The notes: generated from the sequence alone by a model not told the origin. A stretch of DNA of 64,000 nt from Candidatus Bathyarchaeota archaeon (GCA_963833125.1 CAWHWX010000001.1:192001-256000); one strand, 5' to 3'. Numbered from the stretch's first letter, positions 11,563 through 23,145 are shown. Numbers and translations: made by a program.

Positions 11563-13490
11563 TTACCGGTTGATGCAACTTCGTCGAGTTTGATTAGAAG
11601 CAGATGAATTTGCAATAGCCTCCTGATCAGTCTGTGATGTGGGAACTTGAACAAACTTCACTTTAATCTGAGAATCGAACGCATATGCCTCAGGTGTAAT
11701 GAAGGAGATTTCACGGATTTGCTTGATTACGCCCCCGAAGAGATTACCGGGAACAGCCGAGACTACGAGCCCATCCATTCCGTTCCCGAACACAAAACGG
11801 TATGTTCCGGTTGTTCCGTCTGCAAAGTTTAGCTGGACGAAGACCTGGGGAGCTTTGTATAGCAAGTTTCCGATGTCTCCAATGAGATTGTATTGCATTT
11901 GGACTTGAGCGATCATATAGCCACTGTAGTTTGACGGGACGGGAATTGTACCGCCGAAAGTCGACTCGACATCCTCGATAACCGACTGTGACCCGCAATA
12001 ATTCTCCCCTCTGCGCAAGACCATGAACGTTCCATCAAATCCGGATACTTGGTAATGACACATTAAGGCTCGAATGGTCAAGGGTTCATCAAAGAGAGGA
12101 TACCGACCATCAATTGAAGCAGGCTCATACAACACAAAATCGGGAGCATTGGAATCCAAGAAGTGGCGAGAGTTCAAGCCATCCAGATACGATGTATACG
12201 CCTGATAGCTTTGGAATACTGGTCTCGGATCCCACGTTATCCCATTACGCGAGTGCCATTGCCACATCCCAAGGAAATACATCTACGCTGTGGTTGGAAA
12301 GCGTCTCGATGGTGTGATCGGAAAGCTGGTACTGATTTCTAACATAAGAAAGACTCGAGGAGAACACACTTGATGAAACGCTTGGGTTGGACATTAACTC
12401 AATTGTATCTGTGAAGTTTGTCGGTGAGTACCTACCCCCTATGATGAAGTTTCCGGGGTAAATGGCCACACCTTGACAGACCAACAGCAAGGCCAACATG
12501 AGGATGCGACCATTCCTGACGACTCTTTTGCGTTCCTTAATCTGGGCCAACCCGAAGAATAGTGCCCATGCTCCGAAGAAAACAATGATATGACTTGGGT
12601 CTTGTCTAACGAAGCCTTCTTTGCAAGCAAAGACAGAGAAAGCCAAGCGAAAGGATCACGACGGGGGAGAATTTCTTAGTTCTCACTTCACGAATGAAAT
12701 AGAGCACGAACGCCGCAACTGCAATTATTCCAATGTAAGCCTCCCACGGCGGTCCGTCTACTGCCATGGCGGGCCCAAAGCCGATCACTATCTGATACGA
12801 GCCAACTACAAAAGAAGCTAGAGTCCCAACGCTCTTAGTTAACGCAATTCCAGCGAAGATGAAAACTGAAGAATATGCAGCTAACGATACGAGAGTAAGT
12901 CGCCGGCGTCCTTTGAAGTATAGAAACCCATCCCCAAGAATCATAGTTGCAAATACAGCAAGCCCAATATCGAGTTTGAAAAATGGCGTCGTCGCAGCAA
13001 AAGCCGAAAGCAAAGGAAAATACCAGTAACGTTCTTCCACAATCAAGTAGATAGCAATCAGTAAGAATACGGCTGCAAGTAGGAACGGTTCCTGCAGCAC
13101 CGATTCGATGATAGTTCCCGAAACCGCAAGAGTTACTGCAGTGAAGAGGCGGTGTTCATTCTTCAACACGAGGAGCAGAAGAGACAAGTAAAACAGCGTA
13201 TGGATTGTGATTCGAAATACGACCGCCTCGATCCATAACATTGTGTTAAGACCGACTGGGAAGAACAAGTAACCAAGCGGACCGTAGGTAAACAATATGT
13301 CTCTGCCAAAGATCAATCCACTCGCCACAGCCATATGCAGTGCCTGAACCCAAGACAAATCCAAACCACCTCCTGCCTTCAACAATGGAGTGGGAAAGGT
13401 CGCTAGCCATGCGACCAAGAAGCAAATACCTACAACAGAGTCGGTTACGCTCACTCTGCTCATTGGTGATAAACTAATTCTAGGTTCCAA
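11563..13490 (-). CDS. Large polytopic membrane protein with extracellular C-terminal domain (GT-C-like candidate), 2 frameshifts
   Basis: GLDLSW...FGRDILFTYGPLG, many hydrophobic helices, KEGFVRQD, PRPVFQSYQAYT, SIDGRYP. Spans ORFs 12606-13490, 12245-12646 and 11563-12282. Confidence 0.7.
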
Positions 13491-13629
13491 ATCATATCAC
13501 ACTTCGAGCGCGTAAGCGATCCTATTGCGAAACTCTTTGAGAACAGACCCTGCCGAGGAAGCATCGATCATATGCGAATTTTCAACTCAGAAGTGAGTTT
13601 ACCGGAAAAATCAACAACGATTTCTGATG

Positions 13630-14208
13630 TTAACTTTCAGCTTCGTCACGCGTTTTCGACTTTAGCCCGAGTACGGCGCGCGCTCTCAACTCACCGCGCT
13701 TTGTTCCATCTGGGAACATCCGATCAATTCTTGAAGTGAATGATCGGATCGCTCTGTAGCTGAAGCTGGACCGGACGCTTTCAAGCTCGTTTTTCCCTCC
13801 CTGCAATCGCAACCATTCGTTATTTTCGTACCATCCCGCAAAATCGTCAACCTCAGCAGCTGAGGAGTCAATGCCAGTCGATAAGCAGTCCCTAGCCCAT
13901 AGCAGGAGACCTGAGTAATCGCCGTCCTCAACCTCTGGATATGCGGATTGAAGATCAGGCCGGGTCTTGTACAGAACCAGCAGTCTCGCCATAGGCCCAC
14001 CGATTCGCATACCCTTTACAGATCTATTACGACAATCTGTTAGCAGGTTTCTGTACGGTCTTACTCGAGGATAGGCGAGGTCCCAAGCCTCATGTTCGCT
14101 TAGCCGACTCAAATGTTCTGCCCACAGCATGAAGTATCGAAGATCTCCTATAGCGACTTCGGGAAACAGCCGTCTAAGATCTCCTCTTTCGTAGTAGAGC
14201 TTTAGCAA
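13630..14208 (-). CDS. Glycosyltransferase-associated repeat protein
   Basis: Two repeats: LYYERGDLRRLFPE...WA and LYKTRPDLQSAYPE...WA. Confidence 0.6.
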   Translation of the reverse strand: MLKLYYERGDLRRLFPEVAIGDLRYFMLWAEHLSRLSEHEAWDLAYPRVRPYRNLLTDCRNRSVKGMRIGGPMARLLVLYKTRPDLQSAYPEVEDGDYSGLLLWARDCLSTGIDSSAAEVDDFAGWYENNEWLRLQGGKNELESVRSSFSYRAIRSFTSRIDRMFPDGTKRGELRARAVLGLKSKTRDEAES

Positions 14209-14215
14209 TTCTGTC

Positions 14216-14950
14216 CTAAGTTCGATTTCCCGACGCTGATTCTTGGATAGTGCACAGATGAGTGTTCCACTTCTTGCGAATCCTTTCGAGTGCTTTTAGA
14301 GGTAAGTTGTCGTCGCGTGAGATTCCACGCTGGGGGTGTTCTATGGTATCGAACATTGGCCCCGGAAGATAGGAACCTAAATGTCCGGCTTTTGCGATTC
14401 GGGAGATCATGTCCCAGTCAATAAATCGTGGCACAGAGGTGTCAAAACCTGGAAAAATATCTCGACGCATCGGAGAAGCTGCATCAATGTAGTTTGACAT
14501 ATATCCTGAATAGATTCCTTCTAGAAGTAGCTCCTTGTCGAACGGACGAGACTTAAATTCCCCGACGGCTTCTAATTTTCCGTTTTCATACCGAAGGATT
14601 CCGTAGTCACCATAGACAAACCCCACGTCATTTGATATCAAAGAGACTGCCTTCCACACTGCTTGAGGGTGCAGGATGATGTCGTCAGCTGAGAAGAGCA
14701 CACATTGCCCGCGGGATTTCTTGAAGCCGAGATTCCATGCTGCCGCTGCACCGATGTTTCTTCCGGGTTCAAGAACGAGAACGTTCGAAAGATCGTGCAG
14801 CGACTTGTTCAGTAGGTCCTTCGGTGAATTGTTGATCAATATGACTTGGTAAGGGTTAGTTTCTTGGATGCTCTTGAGCACGTAGGGCCAGAAAGGCTTG
14901 CGGCTTAGCTTCCAGCAAGGAACTATGATTGACAACGTCTTATCAGTCAT
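14216..14950 (-). CDS. GT2 glycosyltransferase
   Basis: LSIIVPCW, NIGAAAAWNLG, FSADD, FIDWDM. Confidence 0.85.
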   Translation of the reverse strand: MTDKTLSIIVPCWKLSRKPFWPYVLKSIQETNPYQVILINNSPKDLLNKSLHDLSNVLVLEPGRNIGAAAAWNLGFKKSRGQCVLFSADDIILHPQAVWKAVSLISNDVGFVYGDYGILRYENGKLEAVGEFKSRPFDKELLLEGIYSGYMSNYIDAASPMRRDIFPGFDTSVPRFIDWDMISRIAKAGHLGSYLPGPMFDTIEHPQRGISRDDNLPLKALERIRKKWNTHLCTIQESASGNRT

Positions 14951-15176
14951 TAGACGTATCGTGCCCTTAGCATAGTGAAACTGACACTACCGAAAAATCT
15001 TTGTCTTCTGCACGAATCGCCTGATTTGATAATCCTAGTTTAAACGGTCCTGTAGAAGTCAAATCCTTTGTGTTTTGCGGCTAAGGGTTTTTACTCATGG
15101 TCCTCTCGTAAATCCTCCATTGGACTTGGTTCGCCAAACGTAAAGCGCAAATTGTAATCTCAGCGAGACGTTAAGA

Positions 15177-16283
15177 ATGAAAGTAATGTTTGTCTTGGGT
15201 GCGAGGCCTCAATTCATTAAGTCGGCACCCGTGATTCATGAGCTCCTGACCAAGAGTAATGTCACCCTACAGTTGGTGCATTCGGGGCAACACTATGACC
15301 AACAATTGTCGCAAGTATTCTTCGATGAGTTTAGACTTCCAAAACCCATACTAAACCTCCAGGTGGGTTCAGGTTCTCACGCTGCCCAGACGGCAAGAGC
15401 AACGATAGGGGTTGAGCAATCAATACTCCAAGCCAAACCCAATCTCGTCCTAGTTATCGGGGACACGAACACTACATTAGCGGGCGCCCTGTCTGCAAGT
15501 AAACTCCGTGTGCCAGTCGGTCACGTAGAAGCAGGCGCTCGTTCACAGGATTTTCTAATGGCTGAAGAAATCAACAGACGCGTTACAGATCATGTAAGTA
15601 GCCTGTTATTCGCCCCGACTCGGACAACTGCCCAGAACTTGTATCGTGAGGGTATCCCAAGTCAGAATGTTCACTTGGTAGGGGACACCATAGTTGACGC
15701 TCTCAAGGGAGTTTTGCCTATGGCTTCAATCGCTCAAAGTCGCTTGCTATCCAAGTTGAAAGTTGAGCCAAGAGAATACGTGCTGGTGACGGCGCATCGA
15801 GCAGAAAATGTTGATGAATTACGGTGCCTCAAATCTCTCGTGACCTCGCTTGTTTACATATCTAGACGCATCAAAATCATATTTCTCATGCACCCAAGAG
15901 TCAAACTTAGGTTGACGAAGTTTCATCTTCTTCCAATATTGAAGCGGCAACAACGAATTACTTTAACGCGGCCTGTAGATTACATAAGTTCAATCTGCCT
16001 ACTCGACAACGCCGCTGCCGTGCTTACTGATTCAGGCGGGTTGCAGAAGGAAGCCTTCCTTCTCGGTGTTCCATGTGCAACGATGCGCAAGGATACAGAA
16101 TGGCCGGAAACAACCGTCGCGGGTGCTAATGCTCTCGTCGGTTTGGACAGTGATAACATTTTGGATGCAATCACCGAAGCGACCGATAATGACGCCCCGC
16201 ATACGCATCGTCTAACTAAGACAGCCTTTGGAGACGGAAAAGCGTCAAAGCGCATCGCTAAAATTGTGGCAACATACGAATGA
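15177..16283 (+). CDS. wecB: UDP-N-acetylglucosamine 2-epimerase (non-hydrolysing)
   Basis: GARPQFIK, HSGQHYD, GDTNTT, HVEAGARS, EEINR, TDSGGLQKEA. Confidence 0.96.
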   Translation: MKVMFVLGARPQFIKSAPVIHELLTKSNVTLQLVHSGQHYDQQLSQVFFDEFRLPKPILNLQVGSGSHAAQTARATIGVEQSILQAKPNLVLVIGDTNTTLAGALSASKLRVPVGHVEAGARSQDFLMAEEINRRVTDHVSSLLFAPTRTTAQNLYREGIPSQNVHLVGDTIVDALKGVLPMASIAQSRLLSKLKVEPREYVLVTAHRAENVDELRCLKSLVTSLVYISRRIKIIFLMHPRVKLRLTKFHLLPILKRQQRITLTRPVDYISSICLLDNAAAVLTDSGGLQKEAFLLGVPCATMRKDTEWPETTVAGANALVGLDSDNILDAITEATDNDAPHTHRLTKTAFGDGKASKRIAKIVATYE

Positions 16284-16403
16284 GCGAATTGATTGAAAAC
16301 TTCAAAGTCAAGTCGCAGAAAATTCCTGTGTATGATGCAATCAGCTGAAATTATTCCAGTTATTAGAACGTGGCTCGGAAAAATCGATGGATGAGTAGCT
16401 CAA

Positions 16404-17576
16404 ATGCTATTGTCGACACGCGCACGTAGCATTACGCCCCAAGTAGTGGCGATAATACCATCGGTCATTCCGTCGACCACTATCAATGTTGTTAAGCCAT
16501 TAACCCACTTGCAATTTGCACGCCTCATTTCGGCCAGGATATACCTTGAGGATAGTTTGGTGCCGTTAGACGATCTTGCGAAGGCTGACTTAGTTGTCTT
16601 CTGTCGCAATGTCCAGCCGATTTACGCGCAGTGGTTGGAATTCGTCCTAAAGAACAAGATACCATATGCGTATGACCTAGACGATAATTTCTTTGACATA
16701 CCGAGCAGAAATCCGGTTGCAAAATACTATCGGCCCAAACAGCTGGCCATGTTGAAACGATACCTAACAAATGCAAACTTAGTTCGAGTCTACTCAAACG
16801 AGTTGCTTGCGAAGATCCACGATTTGAACTCAAAAGTAGTGAGGGTTCAAGGGCCTATGGATATCCGGCTGATTCCTGAAAAAAGGTCCACTCGACGCAC
16901 AAGGCGAATTAAGCTGGCATACGAGACAAGTTTAGTTCTGGGTCACGAATACGAAGACATCTATATCGGACCATTGATGCGCGTTCTTGAAGAATACCGT
17001 GGAAAAATCGAACTGCATTTTTGGGGTCATCTCCCACGAAGACTACGAGGAAGTAAGGATGTGTATTTTCATCCATTTATGACAAATTATGATCGGTTCA
17101 TCAAGAGTTTTGCAAGTTCGAATTACGACATTGGTCTGGCTCCACTGAACGATGATAGCTTCACTCGCTCGAAGAGCGACAATAAATTTAGAGACTACGG
17201 AGCGTGCGGAATCGCCGGGATCTACTCTAAGGTGCGAGCCTACACGGAGTCAGTGGTAGACCATGAAACTGGGTTGATCGTCGAGAATAATCCTGAAGCA
17301 TGGCATAATGCAATCGTTAACCTGATCGAGGACAAACAACTTAGGGAAAAAATTCAGCGACAAGCAAGAGAATACGTTCAGATACACTACTCCCAGCGCA
17401 TGTTCGAGGAGGTGTGGTATAGACACATTCGGTATGTATTGGGTCAGCGGGGCTTGATTGATCATTTGCTTATGCTGGTCCTTAGCGTGCGTACTCACAC
17501 CACTCAAGGAGCATTCGCCAGGTTGATTTCATATATTGGATTCCGAATAACAATGAGACACGGCCTTCCAGATTAG
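16404..17576 (+). CDS. GT-B glycosyltransferase
   Basis: YDLDDNFF, DIGLAPLNDDSFTRSKSDNKFRDYG, ETGLIV. Confidence 0.85.
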   Translation: MLLSTRARSITPQVVAIIPSVIPSTTINVVKPLTHLQFARLISARIYLEDSLVPLDDLAKADLVVFCRNVQPIYAQWLEFVLKNKIPYAYDLDDNFFDIPSRNPVAKYYRPKQLAMLKRYLTNANLVRVYSNELLAKIHDLNSKVVRVQGPMDIRLIPEKRSTRRTRRIKLAYETSLVLGHEYEDIYIGPLMRVLEEYRGKIELHFWGHLPRRLRGSKDVYFHPFMTNYDRFIKSFASSNYDIGLAPLNDDSFTRSKSDNKFRDYGACGIAGIYSKVRAYTESVVDHETGLIVENNPEAWHNAIVNLIEDKQLREKIQRQAREYVQIHYSQRMFEEVWYRHIRYVLGQRGLIDHLLMLVLSVRTHTTQGAFARLISYIGFRITMRHGLPD

Positions 17577-17751
17577 AAGGAATCTTGTCGTAAACTGAAT
17601 CATCCATTATGGCCAGAACGATCCCATCACTCTATATTATGTTGTTTTTGTAACTGGGAACCGATGATGGTTGAGGTCCATAAATTCTAGAGCAAATTAT
17701 TCGGCTGCGAAATGGACTAGTTCGTGCTTAACTCCTTGAGGAGCTGATTAA

Positions 17752-18747
17752 TTGAGAATAGTTGGGATGATACCGGTTTATAATGAAGCGGACATGGTCG
17801 GACAAGTAATTGAACATTTGACATCACAAGGAATCAAACTCGTTGTGTTGGACAATGGATCAACTGACGGCTCTTTCGAAATCATCAAACACTATGTCAG
17901 CAAAGACATACTTAGTGTCCAGCGAATCGTAACTGAGAAATTTGAGCTCACGTTAATGTTGAGAAAGCTCTTCGCGATGGCAATTGAACAAAATCCAGAC
18001 TGGATACTACTTAGTGGAGCGGATGAATTTCTTGAATCACCCTATCGCGGGTTCAGTCTCAACAAAGCCATTATGATCGAGGCGGAGAGAGGATATAATC
18101 TGATTCAATTCAACAATTTTGAATTCTTCCCGGCGGAAATAGATCATGATTCTCAAGAAAAGGATGTGAAGAGGCGGCTTCGGTATTACAGTTGGCACGA
18201 TGACGACCAGTTCCGCTGCTGGAAGGTATACCCCGGTATGAATATTGATGAGTTCGGAGGTCATAAGCCCTCATTTCCACCCGGGGTGGAAATGAGAGTT
18301 TCTCCCAACAAATTCATCCTTAGGCATTACAAGATTCGCTCGTATGAGCACGGATTAAGAAAGGTATTTCGTGAAAGGTTACCACGATACGCGCCGGAAC
18401 AGCGTGCAAAAGGTTGGCATATTCATTACGACAATATTGGCACCAGCAGAGACTACTTTGTGATTGACTCTAGCAAACTCACACGTTATGATGACGACGG
18501 AAATTGGAATTTGGCAAAGACATTTGATGGTTCTTTTGGAGCGTGGAATCCTCCTTTCGGCAACGAGAATATATCAAAGCTTCAAAATGACATCAATAAA
18601 CTCATGCGAGAACTGGATGGACTTCACGGAGAGTTAAGGAAACGTGATCTGTTCATTACTGAACTCAATAATAGCTTGGCCCTGCGTCTCGCCCGAAGAA
18701 TTCCTTTTGGAGCTCATATTCGCAGGCTGCTGGGTATGAGGAAGTAA
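17752..18747 (+). CDS. GT2 glycosyltransferase, close paralog of 9039-10023
   Basis: Long identical peptide stretches shared with the 9039 gene (e.g. RRLRYYSWHDDDQFRCWKV, GNWNLAKTFDGSFGAWNPP). Confidence 0.9.
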   Translation: MRIVGMIPVYNEADMVGQVIEHLTSQGIKLVVLDNGSTDGSFEIIKHYVSKDILSVQRIVTEKFELTLMLRKLFAMAIEQNPDWILLSGADEFLESPYRGFSLNKAIMIEAERGYNLIQFNNFEFFPAEIDHDSQEKDVKRRLRYYSWHDDDQFRCWKVYPGMNIDEFGGHKPSFPPGVEMRVSPNKFILRHYKIRSYEHGLRKVFRERLPRYAPEQRAKGWHIHYDNIGTSRDYFVIDSSKLTRYDDDGNWNLAKTFDGSFGAWNPPFGNENISKLQNDINKLMRELDGLHGELRKRDLFITELNNSLALRLARRIPFGAHIRRLLGMRK

Positions 18748-18898
18748 CCTTTCAATCAGTCAACCAATATTTGCCATCCAACGAATTCAGGTCATAGACC
18801 AACACATATCGACTTTTTTGACTGCTTCATCGACTGATGGCTTCGCGCGGAACGTGTTGAAGCGCGGAAATAAGGCGAACAGAAGAGTCAAACTATCA

Positions 18899-19977
18899 TC
18901 AAAAGTTACCGGAGACGTGTTCGAATAGGATATCAAGCAACTTTCTGAGCTGGGTGTGTTCCTTGGGTTGGTATCTTCTGAGGTCAGGGAACATCTCCTG
19001 CAAAATTTCTACTTCTCGTACACTTCTAGTCCCTTGAACCCTAAGACGGGCGGCGAAGGTGCTCCTAAAGTTACGCAGATTCCATAGAACCCCGTTCAAC
19101 AACGCGACGGTCTTGCGTGATTCGAAGGGGACGAACCCTAGGGTGAGCAGTAATGTGTAGAGGAAGTAGTTTCGAAGTGCCCAGCCAAGAGAGGATCCAC
19201 AGTTCTTGAGTATCGCACGCAGTACGTTGCGGTGGGATAGATACAATTTCTCAGGGTCGAGACCGCTTGTTTCCCTTGATCCGGAGTAGTAATGCGCGAC
19301 TTTGGCAGCCGGCTCGTAGGCTAACTTGAAGCCTCTCAACCGAAGCCTCCAGGATAGGTCAACATCTTCCACGTAAGCGAAGAACTTTGAATCGAATCCG
19401 CCTATGAGGCCGAAAGCTTTCTTCCGCACCAACATTGCTGCCCCGCACACTGAGAAGGGGGTTATGGGCAGGTCATCGTACTGACCACGATCTCGCTCGT
19501 ATTTGCCTATGTCGACGAAGCCTCGCCAGTATTTTATGCCCATTGCCCCTACCGAATCTAGAGTTGTGAGTCCTTCATAGTAACAAGCTTGCACCCAACC
19601 GCCGCTACATCCGGGTTCATCTTCAAACGCTCCACTAGAAGCTCAATCCAGTTTCGCGTCAGAATCGACGTGTCGTTATTCAGGAAGAGAACGTATTCGG
19701 CTTCAACCTCAGCGACCGCGTGATTGTAGGCTTCTGCAAATCCAAGATTAGTTTGAAATGTTAACATCCGCACGGATGGAAATGTGGTTTTGACGAAATT
19801 TTCGGACCCGTCTGTGCTTCCATTATCAATTACGTAAACGATAGAGTTGGGGTAGGTTGATTGTATAACTGAGGGTACGCATGTTTTGAGCCAGTCGATT
19901 CCGTTGAAATTAAGAATTAAAACGGCGACTCGCGGTGCATGAGCCTTGGTTAATTCGGCTGTAGCCGCTTTAACCAC
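18899..19977 (-). CDS. GT2 glycosyltransferase (WbbL/rhamnosyltransferase-like), frameshift near 19570
   Basis: VLILNFNG, DNGSTDGS, NLGFAEAYN, FLNNDT; GAAML...GGFDSKFFAYVEDVDLSWR. Confidence 0.88.
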
Positions 19978-20045
19978 CTGCTTATCGTCCCTCGGTTGCT
20001 TGAACCGTCTTGGCTGGCTGAAATGCGATATCGGGCGTGAATAGT

Positions 20046-21020
20046 CTATTGGAGAATCGCTGACCGTTGCTTGATCCATTCTAGCGTAAGAGCTAAGCCT
20101 TGTTCAAGGTTGACTTTCGGCATCCAGCCAGTCGCCATAATCTTTGACACCTCAGGGACCCTTCTTTGCACATCGTAAGTGTAGCTTGGGAGATGTTTCA
20201 CTTGGAACGGTTCCTTGCGTCCACATAACTTCCAAATCCTTTCAGCCAGCTCTAATACAGACGTCTCCACGCCGTTTCCAATATTGAAATCAGTGTTCTC
20301 GTACTTCTCAGCGAGGTACACGATGGCGTGGGCGAGGTCATCAACGTAAGTGTAACTTCTAGTCTGCTGCCCAGAGCCAAGGATTTCCAGCGGATATTGA
20401 CCTGACAGTGTCTTCTGTATCAGGTCAGGAATCACGTGTGCATACCCCACGTAATCTCCCGCCATTTCTCCAGGCCCGTAGGCGTTGAAGGGTCTGACTA
20501 TGAGGTAGTTAACCCCATACTGCTCCTGGTATGTTCGTGCTATGTATTCTGCGACAAGTTTTGAGAAACCGTAACCGCTCATAGGCGGCGGCGTCATCTC
20601 AAGCGCTGTCTCAGGGGTTGGGAAGACTGCGGCTCGTTCGAACACCATCGATGAGGATAAGCAGACGACCTTTGTCTCAGAGTCTCTAGCTGCCTCCCAG
20701 ATGTTGAAATTCATTATTGAATTGTCGCGTAGGCTTTCGGCTGGTGTCTTGTGAAAGTATCCGATTCCTCCGATTTTTGCTGCCAAGTGAAAGCAAATTT
20801 CAGTGTTTCTCATCGTCTTCCTAGCCACCTCTGAGGCCAGAAGGTTCGAGGTTGTGAATTCTATGCGATCAGATACTTCCTCCAAGTTCCTTGCCGCGCC
20901 TTTTGATAGATCGTCCGCCACCGTCACCTTAGCGTCTAGGCTTACGAGTTTTCTTACAAGTCTGTGCCCTATGAAACCGGCTCCGCCGGTGACGAGCACT
21001 CGCTTGCCGGTCCAGCTCAT
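20046..21020 (-). CDS. NAD-dependent nucleotide-sugar epimerase/dehydratase
   Basis: VTGGAGFIG, YGFSK (YxxxK), RPFNAYGP, RSYTYVDD. Confidence 0.93.
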   Translation of the reverse strand: MSWTGKRVLVTGGAGFIGHRLVRKLVSLDAKVTVADDLSKGAARNLEEVSDRIEFTTSNLLASEVARKTMRNTEICFHLAAKIGGIGYFHKTPAESLRDNSIMNFNIWEAARDSETKVVCLSSSMVFERAAVFPTPETALEMTPPPMSGYGFSKLVAEYIARTYQEQYGVNYLIVRPFNAYGPGEMAGDYVGYAHVIPDLIQKTLSGQYPLEILGSGQQTRSYTYVDDLAHAIVYLAEKYENTDFNIGNGVETSVLELAERIWKLCGRKEPFQVKHLPSYTYDVQRRVPEVSKIMATGWMPKVNLEQGLALTLEWIKQRSAILQ

Positions 21021-22297
21021 GCCTTGCCGAACCTCATGTAACGAGTCTTTTTGAAATCTGTGGGCTTATAGACACCCCACACGTCGTAGAATATCTTGCA
21101 TCCCGATTCATCGATTCTACTCGCTATGTTTCGGAATGCAGAATGATTCGTGGCCAAGATGACCGCATCTGGGCTAGTCAGAACTTTGTCTAGGGTTTCG
21201 GTACCTTTGACATGCGGATCATGAACCAGAACTTCTGCGCCGTACGCCTTGAGTATATCGATGAGTTTCACGGAAGGTGACAGGCGTGTGTCGTCGCTGT
21301 CTGATTTGAACGCGAGACCAAGAACAGCGACTCGGAGTTTGTAGAGGGGGCCCAATTCGCGCATCAAGGATTGGGCAACGTGCTGGGGCACGCCTTCGTT
21401 CAGCTTCCATGCTGTAGAAATAATGCTGCTGAAGGTTGTATTGTTGTCCAGCAGAAACCCATCCTTTCCAAGACAAGGTCCCCCAGCAAAGCCCGGTGCT
21501 GGAATCTTTGACCGCTCATAGCCCTCGTTAGCGACTCTAACGATTTCATGCGCATCCTCCCCATATCTTTCAGACCATATCGCAAACTCGTTTGCGATCG
21601 CGAAGTTGACGTATCGGTAAATGTTGGTGAACAGTTTTGCGAGTTCCGCGCCGGTTGGCGTGGTTGAGACTATCTTCTTTTTTGGGTTAATCTTTCTAAA
21701 TAGTTCAGACGCAATTTCTGCACTAACGACGTCTGCCGCTCCGATGATTTCGGGCAGTTCGTAGAGTTCTCTGTGAGCGTTTCCTTCAAGAATTCTTTCA
21801 GGGCAAACGGCGAGGGCGAAGTCTTTTCCAATTTGCAGACTAGTCTCTTTCACTAACATAGGTCGAACGATAGTCTCCATTGTTCCTGGGACTGCGGTTG
21901 ACCTGAGTAGAATGGCTTTGTTTCGTAGATCTGCCGCCAAGACCTCAAGCACGGCTGATTGGAGCTGAGAGTAATCGAGCTGGTACTGATTCCCGGTGGG
22001 AGTTCCAACGGTAAGGATTACTATGTCTGATTTCTGAATTGTCTCCTTGGCAGAACCTGAAACGGTCAGCATTCGATCGTGTACGACGGTGGCCAGCCAG
22101 TCTTGAAGTGCTGGGTAATGAAAGGGCATTTCCCCTTTCGCGATGGAGGAAAGCCGCTGCTTATCGATGTCTACGCCTATGACTTTGAGGCCTGATCGCG
22201 CGAAGACAATAGCTAGCGGAAGCCCAACTCGCCCTAAACCGAGAACGCTCACCACAGCAGTTCCGTTTCGAATTTTAGCCGGAATATCAGCTAGCAT
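21017..22297 (-). CDS. wecC: UDP-N-acetyl-mannosamine/glucosamine dehydrogenase
   Basis: GLGRVGLP, CPERILEG, AELAKL..N.YR, GGPCLGKD, GLAFK; co-located with wecB. Confidence 0.85.
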   Translation of the reverse strand: MLADIPAKIRNGTAVVSVLGLGRVGLPLAIVFARSGLKVIGVDIDKQRLSSIAKGEMPFHYPALQDWLATVVHDRMLTVSGSAKETIQKSDIVILTVGTPTGNQYQLDYSQLQSAVLEVLAADLRNKAILLRSTAVPGTMETIVRPMLVKETSLQIGKDFALAVCPERILEGNAHRELYELPEIIGAADVVSAEIASELFRKINPKKKIVSTTPTGAELAKLFTNIYRYVNFAIANEFAIWSERYGEDAHEIVRVANEGYERSKIPAPGFAGGPCLGKDGFLLDNNTTFSSIISTAWKLNEGVPQHVAQSLMRELGPLYKLRVAVLGLAFKSDSDDTRLSPSVKLIDILKAYGAEVLVHDPHVKGTETLDKVLTSPDAVILATNHSAFRNIASRIDESGCKIFYDVWGVYKPTDFKKTRYMRFGKA

Positions 22298-22427
22298 CCT
22301 GTTTCCCTAACCCTAGTTTGAATTAGGCGACATTTGCCATATAACCAGTCTCTAATATCCGCATGAAATTACAGAGGCTAGGAACTGGGGTTTGTTCGTG
22401 TCAAAAGGAGAGGAACACAGTAAGCCC

Positions 22428-23145
22428 ATGCTCTCAGTGGTGGTACCAGCTTACAAAGAGGAAGAGTACATAGAACAAACTCTCCGGGATCCGACGCGCA
22501 TGCAATGACTCGAGTGTTTCAACTGAAATCATCGTTGTTGTAGATATAGTGCCTGGAGATAAGACATCTGACTACGTCCACAGAGTTTCCGAAGGCAACC
22601 CCGATATCCGCGTCCACGAACGCTTGGGAAAGAGGGGAGTTGGTGACGCGGTCAGGACGGGAATTGGGATGGCCAAGGGAGAGGTTCTTGTTGTTGCAAT
22701 GGGGGACCAAAGCGAGGACCCCAACGAGATCGTCAGACTAGCCAAGAGCTGCGTTGACTACGATATTGTCTTCGCAAACAGGTTCAAGCACGGGAAGCCG
22801 CGTGGTTATCCGTTCGTCAAGTACGTGGCTAATCGGTCGTGCAATTATGCTGTCAAGTGGATTGCTGGGATTCCATATTCAGATACGACAAACGCCTTCA
22901 AAGCTTACAGACTCGAAACGCTAAGACGCGTTCAGCTGACTTCAGACGGGTTCGAAATATTCCTAGAAATCCCATTAAAGATCATGCAATGTGAAGGGAT
23001 TAGAAGTCGAGAAATCGAAGCTAGCCACGTCGTCAGAAGAAAGAAGACCCCAAAGCTCTCAGTTACAAAGGACGGCTACCGCTACCTCCGTGTGCTCCTA
23101 ACCCCACTCCGGTCTCATCCCAAAATGCTGGATAAGAAAATATGA
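22428..23145 (+). CDS. Polyprenol-phosphate glycosyltransferase (DPM1-like GT2), frameshifted near 22500
   Basis: MLSVVVPAYKEEE at 22428; GKRGVGDAVRTG, MGDQSEDP, DTTNAFKAY. Confidence 0.85.
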
